A stretch of DNA of 53,427 nucleotides from sequence record SRR2962707_3662; one strand, written 5' to 3'. The notes under the pieces were generated by a model. The model searched no databases. It saw only the letters and a list, made by a program, of their open reading frames with translations, and had not been told where the DNA came from. Positions 35,878 through 45,180 of the stretch are shown here, in pieces (within the stretch, counting starts at the first letter, position 1; each line of letters starts with the position of its first letter). A program made the position numbers and the translations under genes.

Positions 35878-36708
35878 GTGGATTTCAGTCCGCATCTCCA
35901 GACGGTGTTCGCGTCGCGCGGTTCAGCCGCGACCTATACGCCGCAGGAAGGCGACCCCGTTTCGTGCCGGATGATCCGGCAGGGCGGTGGCCAGCCCATC
36001 CGGATAGGGCCGGTGCTTGTCACCGTCGAACGCATATCGTTTCACGTCCGCCGCACCGACGTTCCGGCGCCTGCGGCCGGCGCCGTCGTCTCCTATCGTG
36101 GCGAGACGTTCACGGTCGACGCCGCGCAGCCGGTCGAACGCGACGCAGAAGGGTTGCTCTGGTCGCTCGATGTGAGCTGGGGCGCGGATATGGTTTTCCG
36201 CCCGGTGACAGGATCCGGGTCAACGCAGAACCCGCCGCTCGGCGCGGGCTACGCGATATCCGCGAATGCCGATGCGGGCGCGGGTGTCATGTCGATCCGG
36301 GCGCCGCTGGCTGTCGGCAAGCTCCTCGCGGGAGACAAGATTACCGCCGGCGGGAATATCCATACGGTGACAGGCGCGGGTGTTCAGGCCGTCGCGCAGC
36401 AGTTCGCAGCCGTGCCGGTTTCCCCGGTTCTGGCGGCATCGGTGTCGGTGGGTGATCCGGTGACGCTCACATTCGCGAGCGACATAGCCTTGCGAGGGGC
36501 GGTGGCGGCCTATCAGGCGAGCGAGTTCCTGGGCGGTGTGCAGGCGGGCGATCGCCGCATCGTCATCATGAGCGACACCCTCGGAAACGCCTTGCCTAAG
36601 GCAGGGGACCGGCTCGTATTCGAGGGGCGGATGTTCAACGTGGTCAACGCGCTCGCGATCTATCAGGGGGCCGCAGTGAAGGCCTGGGATATTCAGGCGC
36701 GCGGCTGA
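35878..36708 (+). CDS. Head-tail adaptor/closure protein (possible two-domain fusion)
   Basis: Position; N-terminal FII-like ATYTP..G.PV; C-terminal GVQAGDRRI..PKAGDRL. Confidence 0.7.
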   Translation: MDFSPHLQTVFASRGSAATYTPQEGDPVSCRMIRQGGGQPIRIGPVLVTVERISFHVRRTDVPAPAAGAVVSYRGETFTVDAAQPVERDAEGLLWSLDVSWGADMVFRPVTGSGSTQNPPLGAGYAISANADAGAGVMSIRAPLAVGKLLAGDKITAGGNIHTVTGAGVQAVAQQFAAVPVSPVLAASVSVGDPVTLTFASDIALRGAVAAYQASEFLGGVQAGDRRIVIMSDTLGNALPKAGDRLVFEGRMFNVVNALAIYQGAAVKAWDIQARG

Positions 36709-37319
36709 TGGCTCGTCTCACCTTCAGGCAGGCGGCCGTGCAGATGCAGAGCCGGCTTACCGGAGAACAGCGGCAGCGCGAGCTGGTGGCACTTGCCCAT
36801 GCCGCGATCGGCGAGGCTACGGAACGCAACCGCGCCGCGATCGGCCGCGATGTGAGCCGGACGATCATCGTCGACGGTCACGAGGGCGCGCCGGTCGAAA
36901 GCGTGAAGATCGGCGGGACGGTGGTGGCGCTGTTCGCCGTGCATGAGGCGGCCATCGACTTCGCATGGGAGACGCTGGCGATGCTGTCGCCAGTCGACAT
37001 GAGCGACGACGCCGATATGACGGTTTACCGGGACCGGCACCTGCTGCTGGTAAACGGCGTCGAGGGCGACGATCCGATGCCCGGCGACACGGTGACGTTC
37101 GTCAACCTGCTGTCCTATGCGCGGCGTATCGAAAAAGGCTGGTCGAAGAAGCAGGCGCCGGACGGCGTTTACGAGGTTGCGGTGCCGATCATCCGCTCCC
37201 GCTTCGGACGGCTGGTCAATGTCAAGTTCGGATATGGCGCCTTCTTTGGCGACGATCCGGGCATCCGCGAATTGCGCTACCCGTATATCGAGCTTTCGCC
37301 CAAGAGGAGCCGGATTTGA
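36708..37319 (+). CDS. Neck/tail completion protein
   Basis: SPVD..YR..H, N...YARRIE.GWS.QAPDGVY. Confidence 0.75.
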   Translation: MARLTFRQAAVQMQSRLTGEQRQRELVALAHAAIGEATERNRAAIGRDVSRTIIVDGHEGAPVESVKIGGTVVALFAVHEAAIDFAWETLAMLSPVDMSDDADMTVYRDRHLLLVNGVEGDDPMPGDTVTFVNLLSYARRIEKGWSKKQAPDGVYEVAVPIIRSRFGRLVNVKFGYGAFFGDDPGIRELRYPYIELSPKRSRI

Positions 37320-37732
37320 GCAGCGCGACCGTTGCGGGCATCACCAAAGCGCGCTTTGCGTCGCAATGGGATACGGCGCTGGCGGCGGTCAAGGAACCCA
37401 ATGCGACGTTCGATCCCGCAGGCAAACAGTGGGTACAGCTCCGCTTCCCCGGCTCGCGGGAAGAGCGCGCCGACATCGGCGAGCCTGATGCGCCGCTTGC
37501 GGAAGAGACCGGTTCGATCATGGTGGATGTTTTCGTTCCCGCGAATGCGGGCGACGATCTGGCGAGGATCATCGCCGACGCCATCTGGGCGATCTTCCGG
37601 TTTCAGAACATCGAAGGCGTGCGCTACGACGAGCGGATGGCCGGACAGAGCGGCTGGCGCGAACCCGACGGCGTCGGCGGCGTCTGGTGGGGATTGAGTT
37701 ACGGGATTTCGTATCGATACATGTCGGTGTGA
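37316..37732 (+). CDS. Tail terminator protein
   Basis: TTG start; PN..FDP..WV.L, G...VDVFVP..G. Confidence 0.7.
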   Translation: MSSATVAGITKARFASQWDTALAAVKEPNATFDPAGKQWVQLRFPGSREERADIGEPDAPLAEETGSIMVDVFVPANAGDDLARIIADAIWAIFRFQNIEGVRYDERMAGQSGWREPDGVGGVWWGLSYGISYRYMSV

Positions 37733-37754
37733 ACCGGCACATCTGACTTCAACC

Positions 37755-37780
37755 AGGCTCGCCAATGGCGGGCCTTTTTC
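37755..37780 (+). terminator. Terminator-like hairpin before the tail tube gene
   Basis: AGGCTCGCC-AAT-GGCGGGCCT followed by TTTT. Confidence 0.6.
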
Positions 37781-37797
37781 TATGGGAGAACAAGGCC

Positions 37798-38976
37798 ATG
37801 GCGACTTCGGCATATCAGGCTGGCACGGACAGCAACGACCTGGAGTTGAGCTACGCCGCCGAGACGACGTGGGGCACCTCCCCGGCAGGCAACTACCAGA
37901 AGGTTCGCGTGAACAGCGAGAGTTTTGCCGAGCAGAAGTCTCGCACCCGTCCCCCGGAAATCCGTTCGGACTGGCAGTCGGCGCCGAATACGACACAGGA
38001 TGTGCAGGCACGCGGCGGGATGCAGTTCGGCATTTCCTACGGCAACACCGATGACCTGATCGCAGGCGCGCTGACGGGGGCATGGTCCACCGATCTCGAC
38101 ATCGGCGGCACGGATATTTCCTTCGATGCCTCCACGAACACCATCGAAAGCGAGACGGCCGGCAAGTTCACGAATGTCGTGCTTGGGCAGCATATCCGGG
38201 TCAGCGACGCAGGGCAGGCGGGAAATAACGGCTTCTTCCGCGTCGTTGCGAAGCCCGACAACCTGACGCTGGAGGTCGACGGCACCCTTACGAATGAAGC
38301 GGCCACCGCCGATGTGAGCATCACCGGGTCTATGCTCCGCAATGCCAAGGTTTTCACGTCGTTTTCGATCCAGAAGCGGCTGAAATCCAATCTCGGGTTC
38401 ATTTACCCGGGAACATTCTTCACGGGTGGCCAGATCAATGCCTCGCGCGGACAGTATTTCTCCGGCCAGCTCGATGCTCTCTGCAAATCGGAAGAGAAAG
38501 CCGCTTCGGCGGTCGGCAGCGGCTTCGACGCCGCCCCGAACAACCGCGTTTTCAACTCGGTCGGGAACTTCAAGGGGTTTTCCTTCAACGACGTGCCCTC
38601 GGCCGCGAAAATCATGTCGCTCAACACGACGTTTGGCCGCACGGGCGCCAACATGGCGTTCGCGATGGGCGACGAGGCGGCCGCCGGCGTCGGCAGCGTC
38701 GGGCAGCTTGAGGCGAGCGGCACGATGAGCATCTATTTCGAAGATTACGACCTCTACGACAGCTACAAGGCGGAAGAGGCGCTTCTGATCAGCTATCGCG
38801 TGGAGGACCATCTCGGAAACAGCTATGTCGTCTCAGTGCCGCAGCTCGTGCTGGGGCAGTCGCGCGTCATTGTCGGCGGCCCGAACCAGCCTGTCATGGC
38901 GCAGTTCGACTGGGCGGCGGACCCGAGCGAAAGCCTCGGCTGCACGATGCAGATCGACCGGTTCGACGCTGCCTGA
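37798..38976 (+). CDS. Major tail tube protein
   Basis: LSYAAETTWGTSP..EIRSD.Q; SGTMSIYFED..LY; position. Confidence 0.85.
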   Translation: MATSAYQAGTDSNDLELSYAAETTWGTSPAGNYQKVRVNSESFAEQKSRTRPPEIRSDWQSAPNTTQDVQARGGMQFGISYGNTDDLIAGALTGAWSTDLDIGGTDISFDASTNTIESETAGKFTNVVLGQHIRVSDAGQAGNNGFFRVVAKPDNLTLEVDGTLTNEAATADVSITGSMLRNAKVFTSFSIQKRLKSNLGFIYPGTFFTGGQINASRGQYFSGQLDALCKSEEKAASAVGSGFDAAPNNRVFNSVGNFKGFSFNDVPSAAKIMSLNTTFGRTGANMAFAMGDEAAAGVGSVGQLEASGTMSIYFEDYDLYDSYKAEEALLISYRVEDHLGNSYVVSVPQLVLGQSRVIVGGPNQPVMAQFDWAADPSESLGCTMQIDRFDAA

Positions 38977-39090
38977 TCAACCCTGAAATTCCCCAGCCCG
39001 CGATAGCGGGATCACTTCGTCGCGCGACGGCCGGCCCGGTGTCACTGGGGTGCATCGGGCCGGTATTAACCCCAGAAGAGGAAACGAGAA

Positions 39091-39447
39091 ATGAGCAACG
39101 TCTTCGAAGGCGACCCAGACGGCCGCCAATCTGAAGAGCATATCGATGTGAGCCGGTTCCGGCCTCGCTATCGTCAGCTTACCGACGAAGAGAAGAAACT
39201 TCACGACGACATCAAGGCGAAGGCTGCAGAGCTGGAAGCCCTGTTCGAGGCCGCTCGTGACCTTCGGTTGCCGCCCGGCACACTCGGCATTGATGTGCAG
39301 AAGGGCGGCGTCGTCGTCGAAGCGGGGCAACGTCATGATGTTGAAGCACACCTCTGCACGTTCGATCCCGCTGTCGAATACTTCGACGACGGCATGAAAT
39401 CGCTTGAACTTGCGGTCATGTGGACGGTCAAGGGCCTGACGGCCTGA
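39091..39447 (+). CDS. Acb2/Tad1-family cyclic-nucleotide sponge-like protein
   Basis: YRQLTDEEK..HD.IK.KA.ELE and C-terminal LELAVMWTVKGLT. Confidence 0.7.
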   Translation: MSNVFEGDPDGRQSEEHIDVSRFRPRYRQLTDEEKKLHDDIKAKAAELEALFEAARDLRLPPGTLGIDVQKGGVVVEAGQRHDVEAHLCTFDPAVEYFDDGMKSLELAVMWTVKGLTA

Positions 39448-39484
39448 TTCTACACCCCAGAGCATCCCAGAAGAGGAATATCGA

Positions 39485-39943
39485 ATGGAACTCGAGAGTT
39501 TCGAGGTCGAAGTTTCGACCTATGAGAACGGAAAGCGCATCCCGCTCGGCGAGGGCGCCCATGTGACGGTGCGGTCCACCGGGTCGGAACGTGCCACAAA
39601 GGTTCGCGAGCGGTTGTGGAAGCCCTATGCCACGTTCCGCGAGGTCAAACCGGAAGTGCTCGACCTTCTGAATTCAAGGTGGATTGCTCAAGGCATCCTC
39701 GTTGAGATGGTCGGCTTCACCATCGACGGCAAGACCCTCGATCTCGACCTGACTTCCAAGGAAGACCAGGAGCGCCTCGTGAAGATACTGATGCGTCCTG
39801 AATACAAGGGCTTCCGGAACAGGATTATCGGCCTCGCGCTGGACGAGACGAATTTTCAGGCCTCGATCGACGAGGATCTGGAAAAAAACTCCGGCTCTTC
39901 GCCCGCTCGCGGTTCGAGTGGGGCGAAGAAAGCGAACGAATAG
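39485..39943 (+). CDS. Tail assembly chaperone (gpG-like)
   Basis: Between tail tube and tape measure; ends in a slippery EKN site. Confidence 0.8.
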   Translation: MELESFEVEVSTYENGKRIPLGEGAHVTVRSTGSERATKVRERLWKPYATFREVKPEVLDLLNSRWIAQGILVEMVGFTIDGKTLDLDLTSKEDQERLVKILMRPEYKGFRNRIIGLALDETNFQASIDEDLEKNSGSSPARGSSGAKKANE

Positions 39944-40239
39944 TCCTCGCCTACATCGAAGACGGGGACGAACTTCCGGACCGATACGCCAATCCTCCAA
40001 CCTTGAGCGTTACGGAAACCAGATACTGGCGCATCTTCAGCGTGCTGAAGAATGACCGCCAGATCGCTTCCGGTCTCACGCCCGGCGTTGGACCCATCAT
40101 GTCCACATCCATCATCGATTACATGATCCGCGTCGACAACACCCGAGACGCCCCGGAAATAGACCGGGCCGTTCGCATGGTGCAGGCGATCGATGGGGAA
40201 TATGTGGCCGTCGTCAACAAAGGGCCTAAAACCCAGTGA
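39886..40239 (+). CDS. Tail chaperone gpGT extension via -1 frameshift
   Basis: Slippery A-AAA-AAC at 39883-39889; the -1 frame is open to 40239 (YWRIF..L..DR..IDGEY). Confidence 0.8.
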   Translation, partial: KLRLFARSRFEWGEESERIVLAYIEDGDELPDRYANPPTLSVTETRYWRIFSVLKNDRQIASGLTPGVGPIMSTSIIDYMIRVDNTRDAPEIDRAVRMVQAIDGEYVAVVNKGPKTQ

Positions 40240-43200
40240 GCGTCGAACTCAATACCGTGGTGCAGGAAGTCGTCATCGACGACTCTCAATCCGCGCAGGG
40301 AGCGGCGCGCGTTGTCGACAGCATGGAACAGATGGCGGCGGCCTCCGACAAGGCGACCGCCGCCACTCAACGGCAGGCGTCCGGGTTCGACGCGCTCGAT
40401 GCCGCCCTCAAAACGTCAACGCCCGCACAGGAGAGCGCCCTCCGCCGCCTGAATTCGTGGAAAGCTCAAGCAGATCCTGTCGAGGGTGCTCTTCAGCGGC
40501 TTTCTCGCGCAGAGCAGGACCTTAACCGGGCCGTAACGCAGGGCATTTCGACGGAACGAGAGAAGGCCCGCGTCCTCGATCAGCTCTGGACGAAACTTGT
40601 CGGGGCGGCAGAGGCGCAGGAGAAGTTGAACGCCGCGATGCGGGCCCAGGAGGCTCAATCCTCGTTCAACTCTCAACTGGGCGTCAGGGAAGAATTCGGC
40701 ACCGCACAGCGGGCGGCTGATGTGGCCGCCTACGGTCAGGAGATCGACCGGCTGCAGCAAAAATATGCGCCGCTGGTCGCCGCGCAGGCGCTTTACGAGC
40801 GACAGATCGAGGAAATTACTCAGGCGCAGCGAACTGGCGCGCTAACCGCCGCGCAAGCCGCCGATGCCCTCGCGATGAATGAGGGGGGATACAAGCGGAA
40901 CATTTCCGCGATCAACGCCAGCCAGCAGGCGGTCATGGGGCACACGGGCGCGGTGAAGCTGCAGACGTGGCAGCTCACCAACCTCGGACAGCAGATGCAG
41001 GACGTTTTCGTCCAGATGCAGATGGGCACCAATCCCTTCACCATTCTCGCGCAGCAGGGTCCGCAGATCACCACCGCCATGGGCGGCGTCCGCAATGCGC
41101 TCGCTCTCGTGATGGACTGGATCAATCCGGTCTATGTCGGCCTGGGCCTGCTGGCGGCGGGCGTCGCTGCCGTGTCGGTGCGCTCGGTCAGCCTGCAATC
41201 CGATGCCCGCGGCATGTCCGTATCTCTCCGAGCGTGGGGCAAGGATGCTGAAATCACGACGCAGCAGACGCGCGCTTATATCGACGCGCTGCGTGACTAC
41301 GGTGTTTCGCAGGCCGATGCGATCACCGCGGCGGAAGCCGCTATCGCTGCGGCAGGCGCGACCGCTGCCGATTTGTCAAGGCAAGCTGCGGCGAACGCGG
41401 CTGATTTTTCGGCGGCCTATGGCGGATCGATCGACGAGGCGACGAAGAAACTCATCGAACTTCGCACCAAAGGCTTCCCCGCCATTAAGGCCCTGGACGA
41501 AAGCTACCGGTTCCTTACCGACGCCCAGGCAAAGCACATCCTCGGCCTTGTCGAGGCGGGACAGCAGGCGGAGGCCACGGAGATTGCGTTGGCCGCGCTG
41601 CACGCGAGGATCAAGGGGCTGGCGGATGAAGCGATGTCGCCGCTCGGTCGCGCGCTCAACGAGACGAAGCGGTCGTGGTCCGGCCTTCTCGACACGGCGG
41701 CGGGCAGCGATATCATGATCGGCTTTGTTACGAGCCTTGGTTCCGGGTTCAAGGCAGTGGCGGACGTCCTTCGGGGCGACATGACTTCGGCCTGGGATGC
41801 GTGGGTGTCTCACGTCACCAATGACCCGGCGATGAAGTTTATTGAGAAGGCCCTCGAATACCAGCCAGGAATCGACAGGCTGGCGGCCAATACGCCTGGC
41901 ACAAGACAATATGCTGCCGCTCAGTCTTCTCGCGCGAGACTCGACGCATGGACCGGTGTCGGGCCAACTTCTTCCGGCGCAATCGGCGGCACAAATACCG
42001 ATCCCAAGCTCCGAAACGAGATCGACGATCAGGTTTCCGCCTATGAGCGCGAAATCAGCGTCCTTCGACAGTCTTCAGTGGAGCGCGAGGCTTATCGCGC
42101 GAAGATCGAGACCGAGATCTCGTGGCGCCGCCGAGGCGCCGACGAAACACAAGCGCAGATGCTCGGCGAGAAGGCCTATCAGGCTGTCCTCGCGCGTTCG
42201 GTGGTGGCTGTAAACGACAACATCGCCGCGCTGGACACCCAGGCGCAGCAACTCATCAAGGTGGGCGCGGCCTACGAGATTTCCGCATCCGCCGGGCGCG
42301 ATGCCGATCTGCACATGCAGGCGTTTCTGGCGACCACCGCGAAAGGCGTTGCAGGAGAGGATGCCTACTACGCGGCGCTCAAGAGGGTTTCGGACCAGCA
42401 GCGCGCGATGGCGGAATTCCAGAAGCTCGCGAATGAACGCCAGCAGAGCGCCGTGGCACTCGAAGAGGCGCGGATCGCGGGTATCCTCGATCCGTCTGTC
42501 CGGCACGCCGAAGAACTGAAACTCGAACGGCAGGTGAAGCTCAATGAGCTGACGCGCGAATATGGCTCGCTGACCGAACAGGCGATGAAGCATCTCTCCG
42601 AGTTCGACAAGAAGCAGGCTGCCGACGAGATCAAACGGTATTGGGACGACGTGCGGCAGATGGCGATGGATGTATCCAGCGACATCTCACAATTCCTCGT
42701 CGACGGCTTTGTCAATGCCGGCGAGGGCGGGAAGAGCATGTTCAGCAGTCTTTGGGACGGGGCGATGGCTGGAGCAAAGCGGTTCCTTGCGAACCTCGCC
42801 GCGGAGTTCCTGAAACAGAAGCTGATCCTGCCGATTGCCATGTCCGTCATCGGCGAGAACTCCTCGCTGATGGGCATCATCCAGCCGGGCGGCGCTGGCG
42901 GCATGAGCGGCATGGGCAACATGGCGGGCTCCGGCTCGATGTTCTCCGGTCTCGGCGGTATGGCGGGCGATGCGTGGGGCTGGGCGAGCGGGCTGTTCGG
43001 CGGCGGTGCCGCCGCAGCATCGGCCGCGCCGGAAATCGCGATGGGTGCCTATGGGCTCGGCAGCGGGATTTCCGTCGGCACGGCCGGGAGCGCCACGCTC
43101 GGCGCAGGCGGCCTCGGGGCGAGCGGCGGCATCGGCGGCGCGGCATCGGCGGCCTATGCCATTCCGGTCTGGGGATGGATCGCCGCCGCCGCGGCGACGG

Positions 43201-44447
43201 TCAAGAGCTTTGTCGAGGGGTCCGATCCGGCAAGCGCGAAGGGCGCGATCAATACGCTGCTGCTGCCTTCTATCGAGGAGTGGCAGGCGAACCCGATCCG
43301 CTCGGCGGGCAATGCGCTCGACCCCATCGGAACGGTGCTTTCCGATTTCGGCCTTCCGGATTTCCTGACGCTGGGCGGCCTCTTCGGCTCGATCGGCAAC
43401 GACCAGCCCTCCAACAAATTCGCCGCGCGGGCCATCGATATTTCCGCAGGCACGATCGGCGAGGCCAGGTTCAACCCGGACGAACGCAGCAGCCAGACGA
43501 TCAAGGGATCGGAGCAGATGGCGCAGGTGTTCCTCGATATCGCCAAGACCATCGAAGAGATCACCGGCGGAACGGGCGCGGCGGGTGCGTACCTGATTGC
43601 GGGCGAACGCGACGGGTTTCAGGTCGGTGTCGGCGAGGCCGGGCTTTCATACAAGAACGGCGAGGGCGTGCGCGGGAGCTTCAAGGACCCGGAAAAGGCC
43701 ATCGAGTGGATGGTGTCGGAATTCGCGAAGACACTCTCGGGCGAGATCGATGAGAACTACAGGCTCGTCATCGCCAAGGGCGGCGGCTTCGAGGCGCTCG
43801 CCGAAAACCTCAGCTTCGTGCAGGCCGCCCTTGCGCTGACCGCCGATGCCGTCAACCCGCTGACTTCGGCACTGGCGGCGGTGAACGACAACTTCGACGA
43901 CGCGACGAAGCGGGCGCACGAGCTCGGCCTCACGACCGAATTGCTCACCAAGCTGGAAGCGGCGCGCGCCATACAGCTTGCGGAAGTGCAGGCGGGGTTC
44001 AGCCTGCAGGGATACGGCAACGTCGCCAACGCGATGTCGCAGATCACCGGGTTCGTTTCCCAGTATCAGACCGGCGGCGGATCGAGCCTCAACCCGCTCG
44101 CCCGCGAGGCGCTGGCGCAACAGAATTACGATGCGCTGTTCGAGATGGTCCAGGGCGGCGACCTGTCGCGCGCTGCCGCGCTGACGGGTGCGGCGGGGAC
44201 GCTGCTCGATATCTCGCGGCAGAATTACGGCTCGACGGCGGCGGGCACATCGATCGAGGCGAGCGTCCTCAAGGGCCTGTCGGACCTTGGACTGTCGATT
44301 TCCACCCAGCAATCGATGACCGATCAGGTGACGCGGGCCATTCAGCTCGCGGCGCAATCGAATGTCGACAAGTCGGAAGAGTTGAGGGCGGAGATCGTGA
44401 GAATGCGCGAGGACCTGAAGATCCTCGCGCAGCAGATCGCCGCGTGA
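40236..44447 (+). CDS. Tail tape measure protein
   Basis: 1403 aa, helical and Ala-rich; NLGQQMQDVFVQ..G.NPF.ILAQQGPQI. Confidence 0.95.
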   Translation: MSVELNTVVQEVVIDDSQSAQGAARVVDSMEQMAAASDKATAATQRQASGFDALDAALKTSTPAQESALRRLNSWKAQADPVEGALQRLSRAEQDLNRAVTQGISTEREKARVLDQLWTKLVGAAEAQEKLNAAMRAQEAQSSFNSQLGVREEFGTAQRAADVAAYGQEIDRLQQKYAPLVAAQALYERQIEEITQAQRTGALTAAQAADALAMNEGGYKRNISAINASQQAVMGHTGAVKLQTWQLTNLGQQMQDVFVQMQMGTNPFTILAQQGPQITTAMGGVRNALALVMDWINPVYVGLGLLAAGVAAVSVRSVSLQSDARGMSVSLRAWGKDAEITTQQTRAYIDALRDYGVSQADAITAAEAAIAAAGATAADLSRQAAANAADFSAAYGGSIDEATKKLIELRTKGFPAIKALDESYRFLTDAQAKHILGLVEAGQQAEATEIALAALHARIKGLADEAMSPLGRALNETKRSWSGLLDTAAGSDIMIGFVTSLGSGFKAVADVLRGDMTSAWDAWVSHVTNDPAMKFIEKALEYQPGIDRLAANTPGTRQYAAAQSSRARLDAWTGVGPTSSGAIGGTNTDPKLRNEIDDQVSAYEREISVLRQSSVEREAYRAKIETEISWRRRGADETQAQMLGEKAYQAVLARSVVAVNDNIAALDTQAQQLIKVGAAYEISASAGRDADLHMQAFLATTAKGVAGEDAYYAALKRVSDQQRAMAEFQKLANERQQSAVALEEARIAGILDPSVRHAEELKLERQVKLNELTREYGSLTEQAMKHLSEFDKKQAADEIKRYWDDVRQMAMDVSSDISQFLVDGFVNAGEGGKSMFSSLWDGAMAGAKRFLANLAAEFLKQKLILPIAMSVIGENSSLMGIIQPGGAGGMSGMGNMAGSGSMFSGLGGMAGDAWGWASGLFGGGAAAASAAPEIAMGAYGLGSGISVGTAGSATLGAGGLGASGGIGGAASAAYAIPVWGWIAAAAATVKSFVEGSDPASAKGAINTLLLPSIEEWQANPIRSAGNALDPIGTVLSDFGLPDFLTLGGLFGSIGNDQPSNKFAARAIDISAGTIGEARFNPDERSSQTIKGSEQMAQVFLDIAKTIEEITGGTGAAGAYLIAGERDGFQVGVGEAGLSYKNGEGVRGSFKDPEKAIEWMVSEFAKTLSGEIDENYRLVIAKGGGFEALAENLSFVQAALALTADAVNPLTSALAAVNDNFDDATKRAHELGLTTELLTKLEAARAIQLAEVQAGFSLQGYGNVANAMSQITGFVSQYQTGGGSSLNPLAREALAQQNYDALFEMVQGGDLSRAAALTGAAGTLLDISRQNYGSTAAGTSIEASVLKGLSDLGLSISTQQSMTDQVTRAIQLAAQSNVDKSEELRAEIVRMREDLKILAQQIAA

Positions 44448-44752
44448 CCACGGAGAGAAACATGGAAGGCGTACTTGCGGATGCCGGTGCCGGCGGGCTG
44501 CGCGTCGTGGCGACGAACGGACGCGGCGCGACGCCGGAAGAGTGGGTGGAAATCCTGATGCCCCGCCTCATTTCGATATCCGAGACGGCGCCGGAACCGT
44601 TGCGCCTGCAGGCGGAGGCGTTTCAAGGACAGCTTCGCGCGTTTCTCCTCAAGGCCATGCGCCGCGCCATCGCTTCCGACCGCACAACCATCGCCAACCG
44701 GCTGACCGAGGCGGGCCATCCCGACCTCGCGGCTGCGATAAAGGATATTTGA
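44444..44752 (+). CDS. Hypothetical virion-module protein
   Basis: Coupled to the tape measure gene; TNGRG.TPEE..QAEAF..AIASDRTT. Confidence 0.7.
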   Translation: MTTERNMEGVLADAGAGGLRVVATNGRGATPEEWVEILMPRLISISETAPEPLRLQAEAFQGQLRAFLLKAMRRAIASDRTTIANRLTEAGHPDLAAAIKDI

Positions 44753-44753
44753 C

Positions 44754-45179
44754 ATGGCCATCACGACCGCGATCTGTTCGTCCTTCCGCCGCGAGCTGCT
44801 GAAGGCGGAACACGACTTCACACCCTCGACGGGTCACGACATGAAGCTCGCGCTGTTTCTCAACGCGGCGACGCTTGGCGCCTCGACGACAGCCTATTCG
44901 ACGAGCAGCGAGGCGAGCGGCACGGGCTACACGGCGGGCGGAAAGTTGCTCACTCTGGCCGACCCCGCCCTTGACGGGGTTGTGGCCGTGGTCGACTTCG
45001 ACGACCTCGTGTGGAGCAATGCGACGATCACGGCGCGCGGCGCGCTGATCTACAACGCGGACAATTCTAACAAGGCCGTGAGCGTCCATAGCTTCGGAAG
45101 CGACAAGGTCAGCACGGGCGGCGATTTCATCGTCACCGTGCCCGCACCTGCCGCCGCAACCGCCATCATCCGCATCTAA
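44754..45179 (+). CDS. Small structural tail protein
   Basis: MAITTAICSSF..ELL..EASGTGYTAGG..TARGALIYN. Confidence 0.75.
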   Translation: MAITTAICSSFRRELLKAEHDFTPSTGHDMKLALFLNAATLGASTTAYSTSSEASGTGYTAGGKLLTLADPALDGVVAVVDFDDLVWSNATITARGALIYNADNSNKAVSVHSFGSDKVSTGGDFIVTVPAPAAATAIIRI

Positions 45180-45180
45180 C

